Shown in pieces: positions 8,823-16,819 of a stretch of DNA of 58,501 nucleotides (position 1 is the stretch's first letter; every line of letters starts with the position of its first letter). The position numbers and the translations under genes were made by a program. Under the pieces are notes generated by a model. It saw nothing but the letters and a program-made list of their open reading frames with translations, searched no databases and had not been told where the DNA came from. Source of the DNA: a virus; IMG/VR virus record IMGVR_UViG_3300045988_026548, positions 1 to 58,501 of that record. One strand, given 5' to 3'.

Positions 8823-9461
8823 ATGGACAAAAAACGAGACAGCTTTACATTCCAACGATACTACTTTGAAGCCATTTCCACGCTGAAAAGCAAAGAGAAG
8901 TTGGAACTCTACGATGCAATCTGTGCATACGTTTTTGAAGAAAAAGACGCAACTTTGAACTCAAAAAAAGCAGAATCTTGTTTTATTTTGATTAAGCATC
9001 TGCTCGATGAAGAATCGAAAAGAAGCGATATTGCGTCAAAAGGATGGTCTACACGAAAGTCAGCTCATCCTCATGTCATAAATGAGATGAAGGTCAGCTC
9101 ATCTATGAGTTCAAAGTCAGATGACAATGAACCCATTGTATCAACTGACAGTCAGATGAACGTCAAGACATTGCCGGAGAGCGCAGTCAAGAAGAAACCT
9201 GACATCTTCTCCGACTTTGCTCATGGCGATAAAGCCTTGTTGGAATCCCTGCGAGAGTTCGCACAAATGCGTACAAGAATCAAGAAGCCTATGACAGACC
9301 GTGCAAAACAGATGCTCTGCAACAAGCTGGAAAAGTTTGATCGGCATGACTGGAAAGCCATTCTCGACCAGAGCATCTATGCCGGATGGCAGGACATTTA
9401 CGCATTGAAACAGGATGACCAGTACGAGCAAAGTACGGAGACGGAGTTTCCTAGACTATGA
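8823..9461 (+). CDS. Putative replisome organiser / helicase-loading protein
   Basis: Immediately upstream of and overlapping dnaB; C-terminal WKAILDQSIYAGWQDIY resembles the conserved phage C-terminal replication domain. Confidence 0.4.
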   Translation: MDKKRDSFTFQRYYFEAISTLKSKEKLELYDAICAYVFEEKDATLNSKKAESCFILIKHLLDEESKRSDIASKGWSTRKSAHPHVINEMKVSSSMSSKSDDNEPIVSTDSQMNVKTLPESAVKKKPDIFSDFAHGDKALLESLREFAQMRTRIKKPMTDRAKQMLCNKLEKFDRHDWKAILDQSIYAGWQDIYALKQDDQYEQSTETEFPRL

Positions 9462-10663
9462 CAATGGACGTTCAAACGGTATTTATCGGTGCGCTGATGC
9501 TCTGCAAGCCGGGCGTTGTGGATGAAATCATACCAGACCTTGAACTTGACTTGTTCAGACCTGAGCTGAGAGACACTTTTGCGGCTGTTCAGGGCTATTG
9601 GACTGCTAGGGGTAAAATAGATATAGTCGAGATAAACGCGCAGCATCCAGACGTAGCGCAGACGCTCTTGGCGTGTGTACAAACCTGTGAATCAGAGTGT
9701 GTACGAATTGACAGGGAGCAGATGCAGCGTTGGGCACAGCTTATCAGGGAACAAGCTGCACTCACTCGTGTGCAAAGTCTGGCATTTCAGATGACCAGCG
9801 AGCTTACCGACTATTCTGATCTATCAGACATTTACCAGCAGATGGGCGAATCAATGAGCCTGAAAGCTGAGGAAGAAGATGCGTGGACATACGAGGATGT
9901 GCTGAACGACTATGTGCTTCACATGGACGAGAAGCCTGTGTATATCAAGACAGGCCTAGAGCGTCTGGATGAAGCGCTGCACATCTCACCGGGTGATTTC
10001 ATCATCATCGGCGGCAGACCATCTTCGGGCAAGACAGCCCTATCCTTGCAAATAGCAGCAAGCATGGCAAAGCAGAACTACACCGTGTACTATTTCAGCT
10101 TAGAAACCAGCAAACGAAAGCTGGGCGCACGTCTGATGGCTAATCAAATATACTGCCCTCTGGACACGGTGAAAAATAAGGCGGTCAGCTTGAATGAGAT
10201 TGACGGACAGGCAAAGAACATGAAGATGCCCCTATATATCCGCTCCGCTGCCGGAAAGAACGTGGCATGGATGAAAGCTCAGGCTCTCCGTAAAAAGGCT
10301 CAGGTCATCTTCGTAGACTATCTTCAACTCATTCATGAAACAGGCGTAAAGGACAGATATGCCGCCATTACAGCCATATCTATTGCCTTACACGAACTGG
10401 CACAGACCACAGGCATTGTCGTGGTGGCACTGGCACAGCTTAATCGAAACCCATCCAAGCCCGGAGCAACGCCTACTAACTCCGACTTGCGAGAGAGCGG
10501 ACAGATTGAACAGGACGCTGATGCAATCATCCTTCTGTCTGGTGATAACCCCGACAAGTATCTGTTTCGGCTAAGCAAGAACAAGGAAGGCGAGATAGGC
10601 GACCTTCCCATAACGTTTAACAAGCAGATTCAACGGTTCCAAGAGTATACTTGGATGGACTGA
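9458..10663 (+). CDS. dnaB: Replicative DNA helicase, DnaB family
   Basis: Walker A GGRPSSGKTALSLQIA, VDYLQLI, SDLRESGQIEQDADAIILL. Confidence 0.9.
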   Translation: MTMDVQTVFIGALMLCKPGVVDEIIPDLELDLFRPELRDTFAAVQGYWTARGKIDIVEINAQHPDVAQTLLACVQTCESECVRIDREQMQRWAQLIREQAALTRVQSLAFQMTSELTDYSDLSDIYQQMGESMSLKAEEEDAWTYEDVLNDYVLHMDEKPVYIKTGLERLDEALHISPGDFIIIGGRPSSGKTALSLQIAASMAKQNYTVYYFSLETSKRKLGARLMANQIYCPLDTVKNKAVSLNEIDGQAKNMKMPLYIRSAAGKNVAWMKAQALRKKAQVIFVDYLQLIHETGVKDRYAAITAISIALHELAQTTGIVVVALAQLNRNPSKPGATPTNSDLRESGQIEQDADAIILLSGDNPDKYLFRLSKNKEGEIGDLPITFNKQIQRFQEYTWMD

Positions 10664-10667
10664 TAAT

Positions 10668-11585
10668 ATGAAAATTGGATTGATTGACGTAGACGGACAT
10701 AACTTCCCGAACCTTGCATTGATGCGGATTTCAAGCTATCACAAGGCAAAAGGTGATGATGTTGAATGGTGGTGGAGTGATTTTATCCACTATGACATCG
10801 TGTACATGAGCAAGATTTTTTCAGACGTGTATAGCCCTGACGTGCCAGAGCCCTTGAACGCCGACAAGGTGATTAAAGGCGGCACAGGATACGCAATCCG
10901 CACAGTGGATGGCAAAGAAATATTCGATAAATCGAAAGACGTTGATTTGCCGTCTGAAATTGAAAAGTCTTTTCCCGATTATAGCATTTACCCACAGTTT
11001 CCGTTTGCAGTCAGCATGACAAGCCGGGGATGTCCAAGAGGATGCTCCTTCTGCCATGTTGCAGCAAAAGAGGGAAGATGTGCCGTAAAAGTGGCAGATG
11101 TGAGCGACTTTTGGTGTGGTCAGGACGAAATAAAAGTGCTTGACCCGAACATCACAGCTTGCAAAGATAAGCGTGACCTTATGCAGCAGTACATTGATAC
11201 CCACGCCAAAATCGACTTCACGCAAGGTTTGGACATTCGCTTGCTGAATCAAGCCGACATTGAGGACATCAACAAGATGCGTATTGGCACGCTACATTTT
11301 GCGTGGGATAACCCTAACGATGACTTGAAAGGCAAGTTTGAGGATTTTGCAAAGGGTTTTCGGCGCAAGTCAAACATTGGCATGGTTTACTGTCTAACGA
11401 ACTTCAACAGCACGTTGGAACAAGACCTGTATCGCATCTACACACTTCGTGTTCTGGGCTACGACCCCTATGTGATGATTTATAACAAGCCATCTGCACC
11501 GAAAGAGATTCGGCACTTGCAGAGATGGTGTAACAACAAGATTATCTTCAAGTCGGTGAAACGATTTGAGGACTACATGGCGTAA
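10668..11585 (+). CDS. Radical SAM enzyme
   Basis: CPRGCSFC = CX3CX2C cluster motif, preceded by a Rossmann-like N-terminus (MKIGLIDVDGHNFPNLALMRISSY). Confidence 0.7.
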   Translation: MKIGLIDVDGHNFPNLALMRISSYHKAKGDDVEWWWSDFIHYDIVYMSKIFSDVYSPDVPEPLNADKVIKGGTGYAIRTVDGKEIFDKSKDVDLPSEIEKSFPDYSIYPQFPFAVSMTSRGCPRGCSFCHVAAKEGRCAVKVADVSDFWCGQDEIKVLDPNITACKDKRDLMQQYIDTHAKIDFTQGLDIRLLNQADIEDINKMRIGTLHFAWDNPNDDLKGKFEDFAKGFRRKSNIGMVYCLTNFNSTLEQDLYRIYTLRVLGYDPYVMIYNKPSAPKEIRHLQRWCNNKIIFKSVKRFEDYMA

Positions 11586-11597
11586 AGGAGAACGACT

Positions 11598-11840
11598 ATG
11601 AAAAAGATTTTGACCGTATGTGTATCCGCTCTGGTGGGCATTATGCTGATGACTGGATGCAACAAGCAGGTGATAGACCTGACGTATAGCTACTCATGGG
11701 CACAGCTGAAAATGCCTGATGGAACGATTGTAGAGGGCAAGCTGAATAGTTGGGACGATTACGAGGGCGACCAGCTGCAAGTGAAGATTGACGGCGTAAC
11801 CTATCTGGTTCATTCGTCCAACGTGATCTTGCGGCATTGA
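11598..11840 (+). CDS. Small lipoprotein
   Basis: Signal peptide with lipobox LMTGC. Confidence 0.65.
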   Translation: MKKILTVCVSALVGIMLMTGCNKQVIDLTYSYSWAQLKMPDGTIVEGKLNSWDDYEGDQLQVKIDGVTYLVHSSNVILRH

Positions 11841-11867
11841 AAGCGAATACAGAATCTAAGCGCATGG

Positions 11868-11890
11868 GCTGTCAGCAATGGCAGCTTTTT
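11868..11890 (+). terminator. Rho-independent terminator
   Basis: gctgtc-agcaat-ggcagc stem-loop followed by ttttt. Confidence 0.5.
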
Positions 11891-12032
11891 GCATATACGC
11901 GCAAAGAAGCCCTACAAACGCTTTTAGCGTCAGATGGCAAACTTATCGACAGAATACAGAAAATGGCTCTTGCACGGCTCTACGGGGCTGTGAGCGCATT
12001 GTAGAGGTCTACGACTATTGCAGGAGGAGAAA

Positions 12033-12746
12033 ATGCAGTACATAACAGTGAACATTGTGTGCCCCCGATATAAAATCTACCCACGATTTCTTGATAAGAT
12101 AAACATTAGCGCAAATGCGAAGGTCATCTATGTAGACCTTCTTGATCGTTCGTTCACGTCAAGACATAACGGTAAAGAATGGGTCGATAGCAAAGGACGG
12201 GTGTTTGTTCGATGTTCCAACGCAGAAGCAGGGGACATGGTAGGGAAGAAGGAAAGGATAGCCAAAGAATACTTGAAAGAGCTGAAAGATGCAGGATTGA
12301 TTGAATGCAAGCGCAATTATTCAAAATCCAACACGATTTACGTTGGGTATCCTGACGATGAGAAACTGTTCGACTATCAATCAGGCAATATATTGCCCAA
12401 CTGTAATGGCAAACAGGCAGAAAATTGCCCGACAATCGGGCAAAATAGTGCCCAACAATCGGGCAGAAAATTGCCCACTAGTAGATATATACATAGTAAA
12501 TATAAACATAGTAGATTAGACGAGGGCGCTCCGTGCGCTCCTCAGTTCGAGGAGGTTAGCGAGTTCTTTATTGACAACGGAAGCACGACAAGGTATGCCA
12601 ACCAGTTCATGCGGTATTACGAGGGACTTGGATGGAGAACAAAAAGTGGCAGTCCTATTATCAACTGGAAGCCAATAGCCCTTAATTGGATTGACCGAGA
12701 GCGGGAGAAGCAGCAGACTGATGGGTCTGACTTCCCACGATTGTAA
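12033..12746 (+). CDS. RepA_N-type replication initiator with DnaD-like C-terminus
   Basis: YPRFLDKINISANAKVIYVDLLDRSFTSRHNGKEWVDSKGRVFV...LKELKDAGLIE matches the RepA_N pattern; iteron array lies downstream and one iteron overlaps its RBS region. Confidence 0.65.
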   Translation: MQYITVNIVCPRYKIYPRFLDKINISANAKVIYVDLLDRSFTSRHNGKEWVDSKGRVFVRCSNAEAGDMVGKKERIAKEYLKELKDAGLIECKRNYSKSNTIYVGYPDDEKLFDYQSGNILPNCNGKQAENCPTIGQNSAQQSGRKLPTSRYIHSKYKHSRLDEGAPCAPQFEEVSEFFIDNGSTTRYANQFMRYYEGLGWRTKSGSPIINWKPIALNWIDREREKQQTDGSDFPRL

Positions 12747-12849
12747 AGGTTCTTTCCCCCCTACAACCCTCTATCTCCAAAGCTACACCGTTAGCCAGCA
12801 GAGCAGAGCGTAAGTGAGAACTGGCGTGAGGTTCGGGCTAGTGGATGGT

Positions 12850-13501
12850 CTGCGACTATTTCAGACATGGAGAATTGACTTCATTTTGTAACCGGTTGAA
12901 TATGTAGAAATGTTGCATAGTAGTATGAGCAGTTGATTACAAATTGAAAGCAACTGGTTAATCGGATAGTCTTATTAAATAGTTAAAAGCATTGAGGTAT
13001 TTGCCGAATGAATAATCCTAGTTGATTGGTGTGATATGATTGCAGTTGTCGGTAATTAAATTAGATGAGAACAAACCGAATCGGATGATACGACTATTCT
13101 AGTAGAATAATAGTTAAAAAGATTGAGTAATTGTCTGCGACTATTATAATAAGTACGATGGCTAAAGATTTTGAGGTAATGCGATTGGAATTAAAATCGA
13201 CAGGTGTCTTGACACATATTGATTTTGAGGGTGTCTGACTACTTAGCGACTATCGCACCTCTCTTTCTCTAAAAGGCAAATGACTATTTCACACAAAAAA
13301 TATACGACTATTTGACGAAGGTTCGTAAGAAAATGCTACGACTATCACTCTACGACTATCAGCGGACTGTTCGCTACTATACGATATACAGGACTTTCAA
13401 AGAATAGTCATCTGATGACTTTACGACTATTCTACGACTATTTGTCAGCGGAAACTACGACTATTGGCTACGACTATTCCAGCCGGGACGCTACGACTAT
13501 T
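12850..13501 (+). repeat. Iteron-type origin: at least 12 copies of (C)TACGACTAT(T/C) plus an AT-rich block
   Basis: Copies at 12850, 13089, 13135, 13244, 13303, 13336, 13350, 13422, 13432, 13455, 13468, 13491; inverted core at 13403; extra copy at 12009-12019. Confidence 0.8.
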
Positions 13502-13574
13502 GCTGACCTCTATTGGATATCGGGCGAAAGCCCGAAAAGAGCTGCGGCGGTAGCCGCCAGTTGTTCCGCGCCGC

Positions 13575-13645
13575 CGTGCCAGGAAGAAAGCATAATGCTA
13601 GGCTAATGCCAGGCTAACCAGGTGCCAGGCTAATGCCAGGCGTGG
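13575..13645 (+). repeat. Short tandem repeat (A)ATGCCAGGCTA, 4 copies
   Basis: tgccagg at 13577, 13607, 13623, 13634; ggctaa at 13601, 13612, 13628. Confidence 0.75.
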
Positions 13646-14060
13646 GAAACATCAAAACCCCGCCGGGCTTGCATGGTCTGTGATCTGCCGCACCGTCTGG
13701 CATGGATCCATAACAGGGGCGCACCCCTGCGCCCTTATATACATTATTATAATAGGGCGGCTGTGCTGAGCTGTACAGCGTCCGGCGTGGCGCTTGTATC
13801 TGGTATATGCTGGAGGTGTTACGGCGTTGTGATACGCTCCAGCGTAGCGCAGGCGGTATTATAGCCGCTTGTACCGGTCTTGTATCGTGGGCGGTGGAAT
13901 GGGTGCAATTGCAGGAAACACCCCTGTAAAGCCCTGTGCGCTTTTTTGTGTTGTGGGCGGTATAACTGCATTGACTGCGCAAAACGCACTGTAAACGCTT
14001 GTATGTGGCTGTATTGCAACAGGGCAAAATAAAAGCCCTGCACCCTCAGCAGATGCAAGG

Positions 14061-14092
14061 CAAAAGAAAAGCCCCGCCAGCGTGGGCGGGGT
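14061..14092 (-). terminator. Rho-independent terminator of the minus-strand cassette
   Basis: ccccgcc/ggcgggg stem (14072-14091) followed on the minus strand by CTTTTCTTTT. Confidence 0.7.
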
Positions 14093-14097
14093 GGATA

Positions 14098-14253
14098 TTA
14101 TTTATTTTTTTCTTCAAGGTCTGCAAGGGCGGCGCAAAGCTCTTGCGTTTCTTCTTCTGTCAAGTCGTATTCCGTGCGGAGTTGGTCAGCGTCTGTGCTT
14201 CTCCATCCTCCATCATACAGGGCGGCGGCGCTGCTAGAAACGTCTTTTAACAT
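14098..14253 (-). CDS. Small hypothetical protein (51 aa, below the ORF-track cutoff)
   Basis: Hand translation MLKDVSSSAAALYDGGWRSTDADQLRTEYDLTEEETQELCAALADLEEKNK; RBS ggaaaagaggaaaacc upstream; terminator downstream. Confidence 0.55.
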   Translation of the reverse strand: MLKDVSSSAAALYDGGWRSTDADQLRTEYDLTEEETQELCAALADLEEKNK

Positions 14254-14482
14254 GGTTTTCCTCTTTTCCGGGCTTATACCCCTTTTTTACAGTATAGCAT
14301 ATCGCAAGCCCTAAAAACAGGACTTGCAGAAAGTTTTTTGTCCTTTTGGGCTGGGGCGGGGTTGCTTTATCCGGTGCAGCCCCGCTAAAGTGTCCGGCCG
14401 GTATCACTTGGATGCCTTAAACAGCGCAGAGAAAAACCAGAAGAAAAACAGGATGCAAGAAAATATCACCTGTTGCACCCCC

Positions 14483-14746
14483 TCAGACCACGTTAAAACG
14501 CTTGTATGTGGTGCGCTTGCTACACTCAGCATAAATATCCGGGTGCGCTACCTGCAAAAGTTTGCTATCAAGTCGGACGGAAGAAACATCCTTGTAAATG
14601 GCCTTTGCAGTGCCCTGCACCATTTCAGGCGCTCCCTGCATCATGGTGATTATATCGGCCTTGATTGCGTCATTCATTGCTTCTAATTCTTCCATGAGCC
14701 GCTTGTTTTCGCGGTATGCGTTTACTTTTTCTTCAAACGTCGTCAT
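14483..14746 (-). CDS. Hypothetical protein (coiled-coil N-terminus)
   Basis: aaggagggctaaaaaaATG RBS; MTTFEEKVNAYRENKRLMEELE...TTYKRFNVV. Confidence 0.6.
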   Translation of the reverse strand: MTTFEEKVNAYRENKRLMEELEAMNDAIKADIITMMQGAPEMVQGTAKAIYKDVSSVRLDSKLLQVAHPDIYAECSKRTTYKRFNVV

Positions 14747-14750
14747 TTTT

Positions 14751-15050
14751 TTAGCCCTCCTTAAAATATGTAACATCTTCAACCAAAATTCCGGCATCCC
14801 GTAGCAGAAAAGAAAAATGGTCGAAACTGTAGCGCGTCCAATCTTCACCAATAGAAACTGTGGTGGTTTGAGCCATGAACGGCGTTTTGAGCTTGTCCAA
14901 CTGTTCAAAGATAAAAGAAATCGTTTTGCGCGCTTTGGTTATAAATTCGCTGTCATTCGGTTCGTGTTCTTTCGTCCATGTCAGTTCTTGCACCCAAAAA
15001 GCAAGGGCATCCAGTTTTTTATACTGTTCGTGAGTAATTATAAGTGTCAT
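14751..15050 (-). CDS. Hypothetical protein
   Basis: ggagggcgaaaaaATG RBS at the internal ATG of ORF 14751-15065. Confidence 0.6.
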   Translation of the reverse strand: MTLIITHEQYKKLDALAFWVQELTWTKEHEPNDSEFITKARKTISFIFEQLDKLKTPFMAQTTTVSIGEDWTRYSFDHFSFLLRDAGILVEDVTYFKEG

Positions 15051-15175
15051 TTTTTCGCCCTCCATCAGCTGTTAAGAAATGCAATCATAACGAGCGCGCC
15101 GCTAATCATTCCGCCGATATACCAGAGGGCTGCCCACTGGGAAAAGTCCAAAGTAATCATATTGTAAACCCTCCA

Positions 15176-15373
15176 TTAATCAAATTCCGGCATTGTCAGA
15201 ATGATTTTTTGGCAACGCTCAACGCTCAAGCGGTACGGCTTGGAGCGGGTCAGGTTGTCCGCTACAATCTGAGTGTATACCATTAACGGCAGCTCAAAAA
15301 GCGCGGCGCACTTGGGATACAGGCGCACGGCCTGATTTCTGATTTCGGCGTTGATTTCATCCGTTCTTGTCAT
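15176..15373 (-). CDS. Hypothetical protein
   Basis: 65-aa ORF with aggaggtttaaccc-ATG RBS. Confidence 0.55.
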   Translation of the reverse strand: MTRTDEINAEIRNQAVRLYPKCAALFELPLMVYTQIVADNLTRSKPYRLSVERCQKIILTMPEFD

Positions 15374-15388
15374 GGGTTAAACCTCCTA

Positions 15389-15826
15389 TCAAAACCAGTA
15401 CAATAAATTCATGTCGGTACCCCGCTTCGTGATTTCTCGGATGCAGGGATACAAGCCGTAACTGTCAATCTGCAAGCCGTATTTTGCGAGCTCTTTGTTG
15501 AGCTTTACACGCCGTTTTGCAAGCTGAGCCTGTCGGGTTTTGAGCCACTGAGAATTATAATAGCGGCTGTCGTTGCCAAGCTCCCAAGCTCTTGCGTCTG
15601 CAAGCCCCCAACGCTGCACGCTGTCAAGGAGCTTTCTTGCTTTTTCGTATGCCTCAGTGGGTACGCGGTCAGCGGCTTTATCTGCGGCAGTTGTCAGCGT
15701 GTCAAGCGTGGCAAGTTCAAACGCAGCGCGGGCTCTGTTGTACCATACACACGCGCGATGGTTGCGGCCTTCGTAATCTCCCGGAATGGGGCGGGCGGTG
15801 TAATCGATCTCTTTATTGTTCATCAT
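15389..15826 (-). CDS. Hypothetical protein
   Basis: acaggaggacaaaaccATGATG RBS; first gene of the minus-strand cassette. Confidence 0.6.
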   Translation of the reverse strand: MMNNKEIDYTARPIPGDYEGRNHRACVWYNRARAAFELATLDTLTTAADKAADRVPTEAYEKARKLLDSVQRWGLADARAWELGNDSRYYNSQWLKTRQAQLAKRRVKLNKELAKYGLQIDSYGLYPCIREITKRGTDMNLLYWF

Positions 15827-15883
15827 GGTTTTGTCCTCCTGTTTTGTGGTGGCGTGGTGGTGTACATCCTCTGTACATTTACT

Positions 15884-15911
15884 ATTATACACGATTAAAC
15901 GTACGAGTCAA
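15884..15911 (-). promoter_or_regulatory. Sigma-70-type promoter for the minus-strand cassette, with a 12-mer operator in the spacer
   Basis: Minus strand reads TTGACT-16 nt-TATAAT; spacer contains GATTAAACGTAC (15893-15904). Confidence 0.6.
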
Positions 15912-15918
15912 TAGCATA

Positions 15919-15946
15919 TTCAAGATTAAACGTACAAGCATATAAA
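15919..15946 (+). promoter_or_regulatory. Divergent promoter-like element with the same 12-mer in the spacer
   Basis: TTCAAG-16 nt-TATAAA; spacer contains GATTAAACGTAC (15924-15935). Confidence 0.4.
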
Positions 15947-16322
15947 AACGTTGCACACGCAACATACAAGCGCACACCCTCCAGCGTCCCGGCGTGTCCA
16001 TCGTCTGGGCGTGTGTGCCTTGCCTTGTGTGGTCTGCCTTGCATCTGGAACGGTCTGCCCTGCTGCTTGTGATGTGCAGGCCGTCCGGGTGCGCTGGGGC
16101 TGGGTCTCCACCGGCGGGGGATATAGCCGCCGCCCAGCCCCGCCCGGTCAGTCTCGCCACCACCGAAAAAATAAAAAAGACCCACCCCACTTTCACAAAT
16201 CAGAACCCACCTGATTGTGCAAGTCTCCAAAAATTCCAAAAAATACAAAAAGGCCCCTCTCGGAGCCTAGATTGTGCTATAATCAGCTAAAGGCAACATA
16301 CCAAAGAAAGGAAGAATCAAAA

Positions 16323-16769
16323 ATGAGAAAGAAAATCATTGCGGCAGTTCTGATGGCTGCTTTGGCTTGCATTATGTTGGTTGGCTGTGGGGGTAGCAAG
16401 ACTACATCTAGTTCCTCTCCGGCTGAGCCACTTGACTTAACGGGGAACTGGGAAGAAAAAGATAAAGGCGACAGTTATCAGGCTGGATACATCAAAGATG
16501 GTGAGATTGTCATTTACTGGGTGTCTGATGGTGGCGATACAAAGTCTTTGTATTGGGCTGGCTCTTATGTAGCGCCTACTAACGGTGCAGAACCTTACAC
16601 ATGGGATTCCGAAAACGATAAGGAAAAGACTGGGCTGGCTCTGCTTGCTTCTGGCGATGAAACAAAGACGTTCACTTACGAAAATGGTGAAATCACTTAT
16701 AGCGCATCTGCACTTGGAACAACGAAGAAAATGCACTTTGTCCGTACCGATACGAGTTATGAGGACTAA
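16323..16769 (+). CDS. Lipoprotein
   Basis: MRKKIIAAVLMAALACIMLVGCGG lipobox; RBS aaaggaag upstream. Confidence 0.7.
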   Translation: MRKKIIAAVLMAALACIMLVGCGGSKTTSSSSPAEPLDLTGNWEEKDKGDSYQAGYIKDGEIVIYWVSDGGDTKSLYWAGSYVAPTNGAEPYTWDSENDKEKTGLALLASGDETKTFTYENGEITYSASALGTTKKMHFVRTDTSYED

Positions 16770-16783
16770 ACATTGAAACAATT

Positions 16784-16816
16784 AAAAGCCAGTAGCCGAA
16801 AAGCCGCTGGCTTTTA
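16784..16816 (+). terminator. Rho-independent terminator
   Basis: aaaagccag...ctggctttt stem with T tail. Confidence 0.6.
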
Positions 16817-16819
16817 TGA

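Noticed and set aside
12850-13501. Possibility that the dense direct repeats form a CRISPR array
   Set aside because: The repeats are only ~11 bp with irregular 10-50 bp spacing and sit next to an initiator gene. This is iteron architecture, not repeat-spacer architecture, and there are no cas genes.
13415-13606. 63-aa plus-strand ORF over the iteron array
   Set aside because: Its 'TTI/YDY' repeats are simply the translation of the CTACGACTATT iterons.
13614-14027. 137-aa minus-strand ORF, and ORFs 15895-16248, 15951-16214 and 15994-16290 in the GC-rich blocks
   Set aside because: They have no RBS, a Cys/Arg/Pro-rich composition and overlapping alternative frames. I treat the blocks as non-coding or decayed sequence; only short remnants (..ATYKR..) resemble a neighbouring gene.
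15064-15160. Apparent small hydrophobic peptide gene between 15050 and 15176 (minus strand)
   Set aside because: Base-by-base re-reading shows a stop after 19 codons (MITLDFSQWAALWLYRRND). My first reading had dropped one base.
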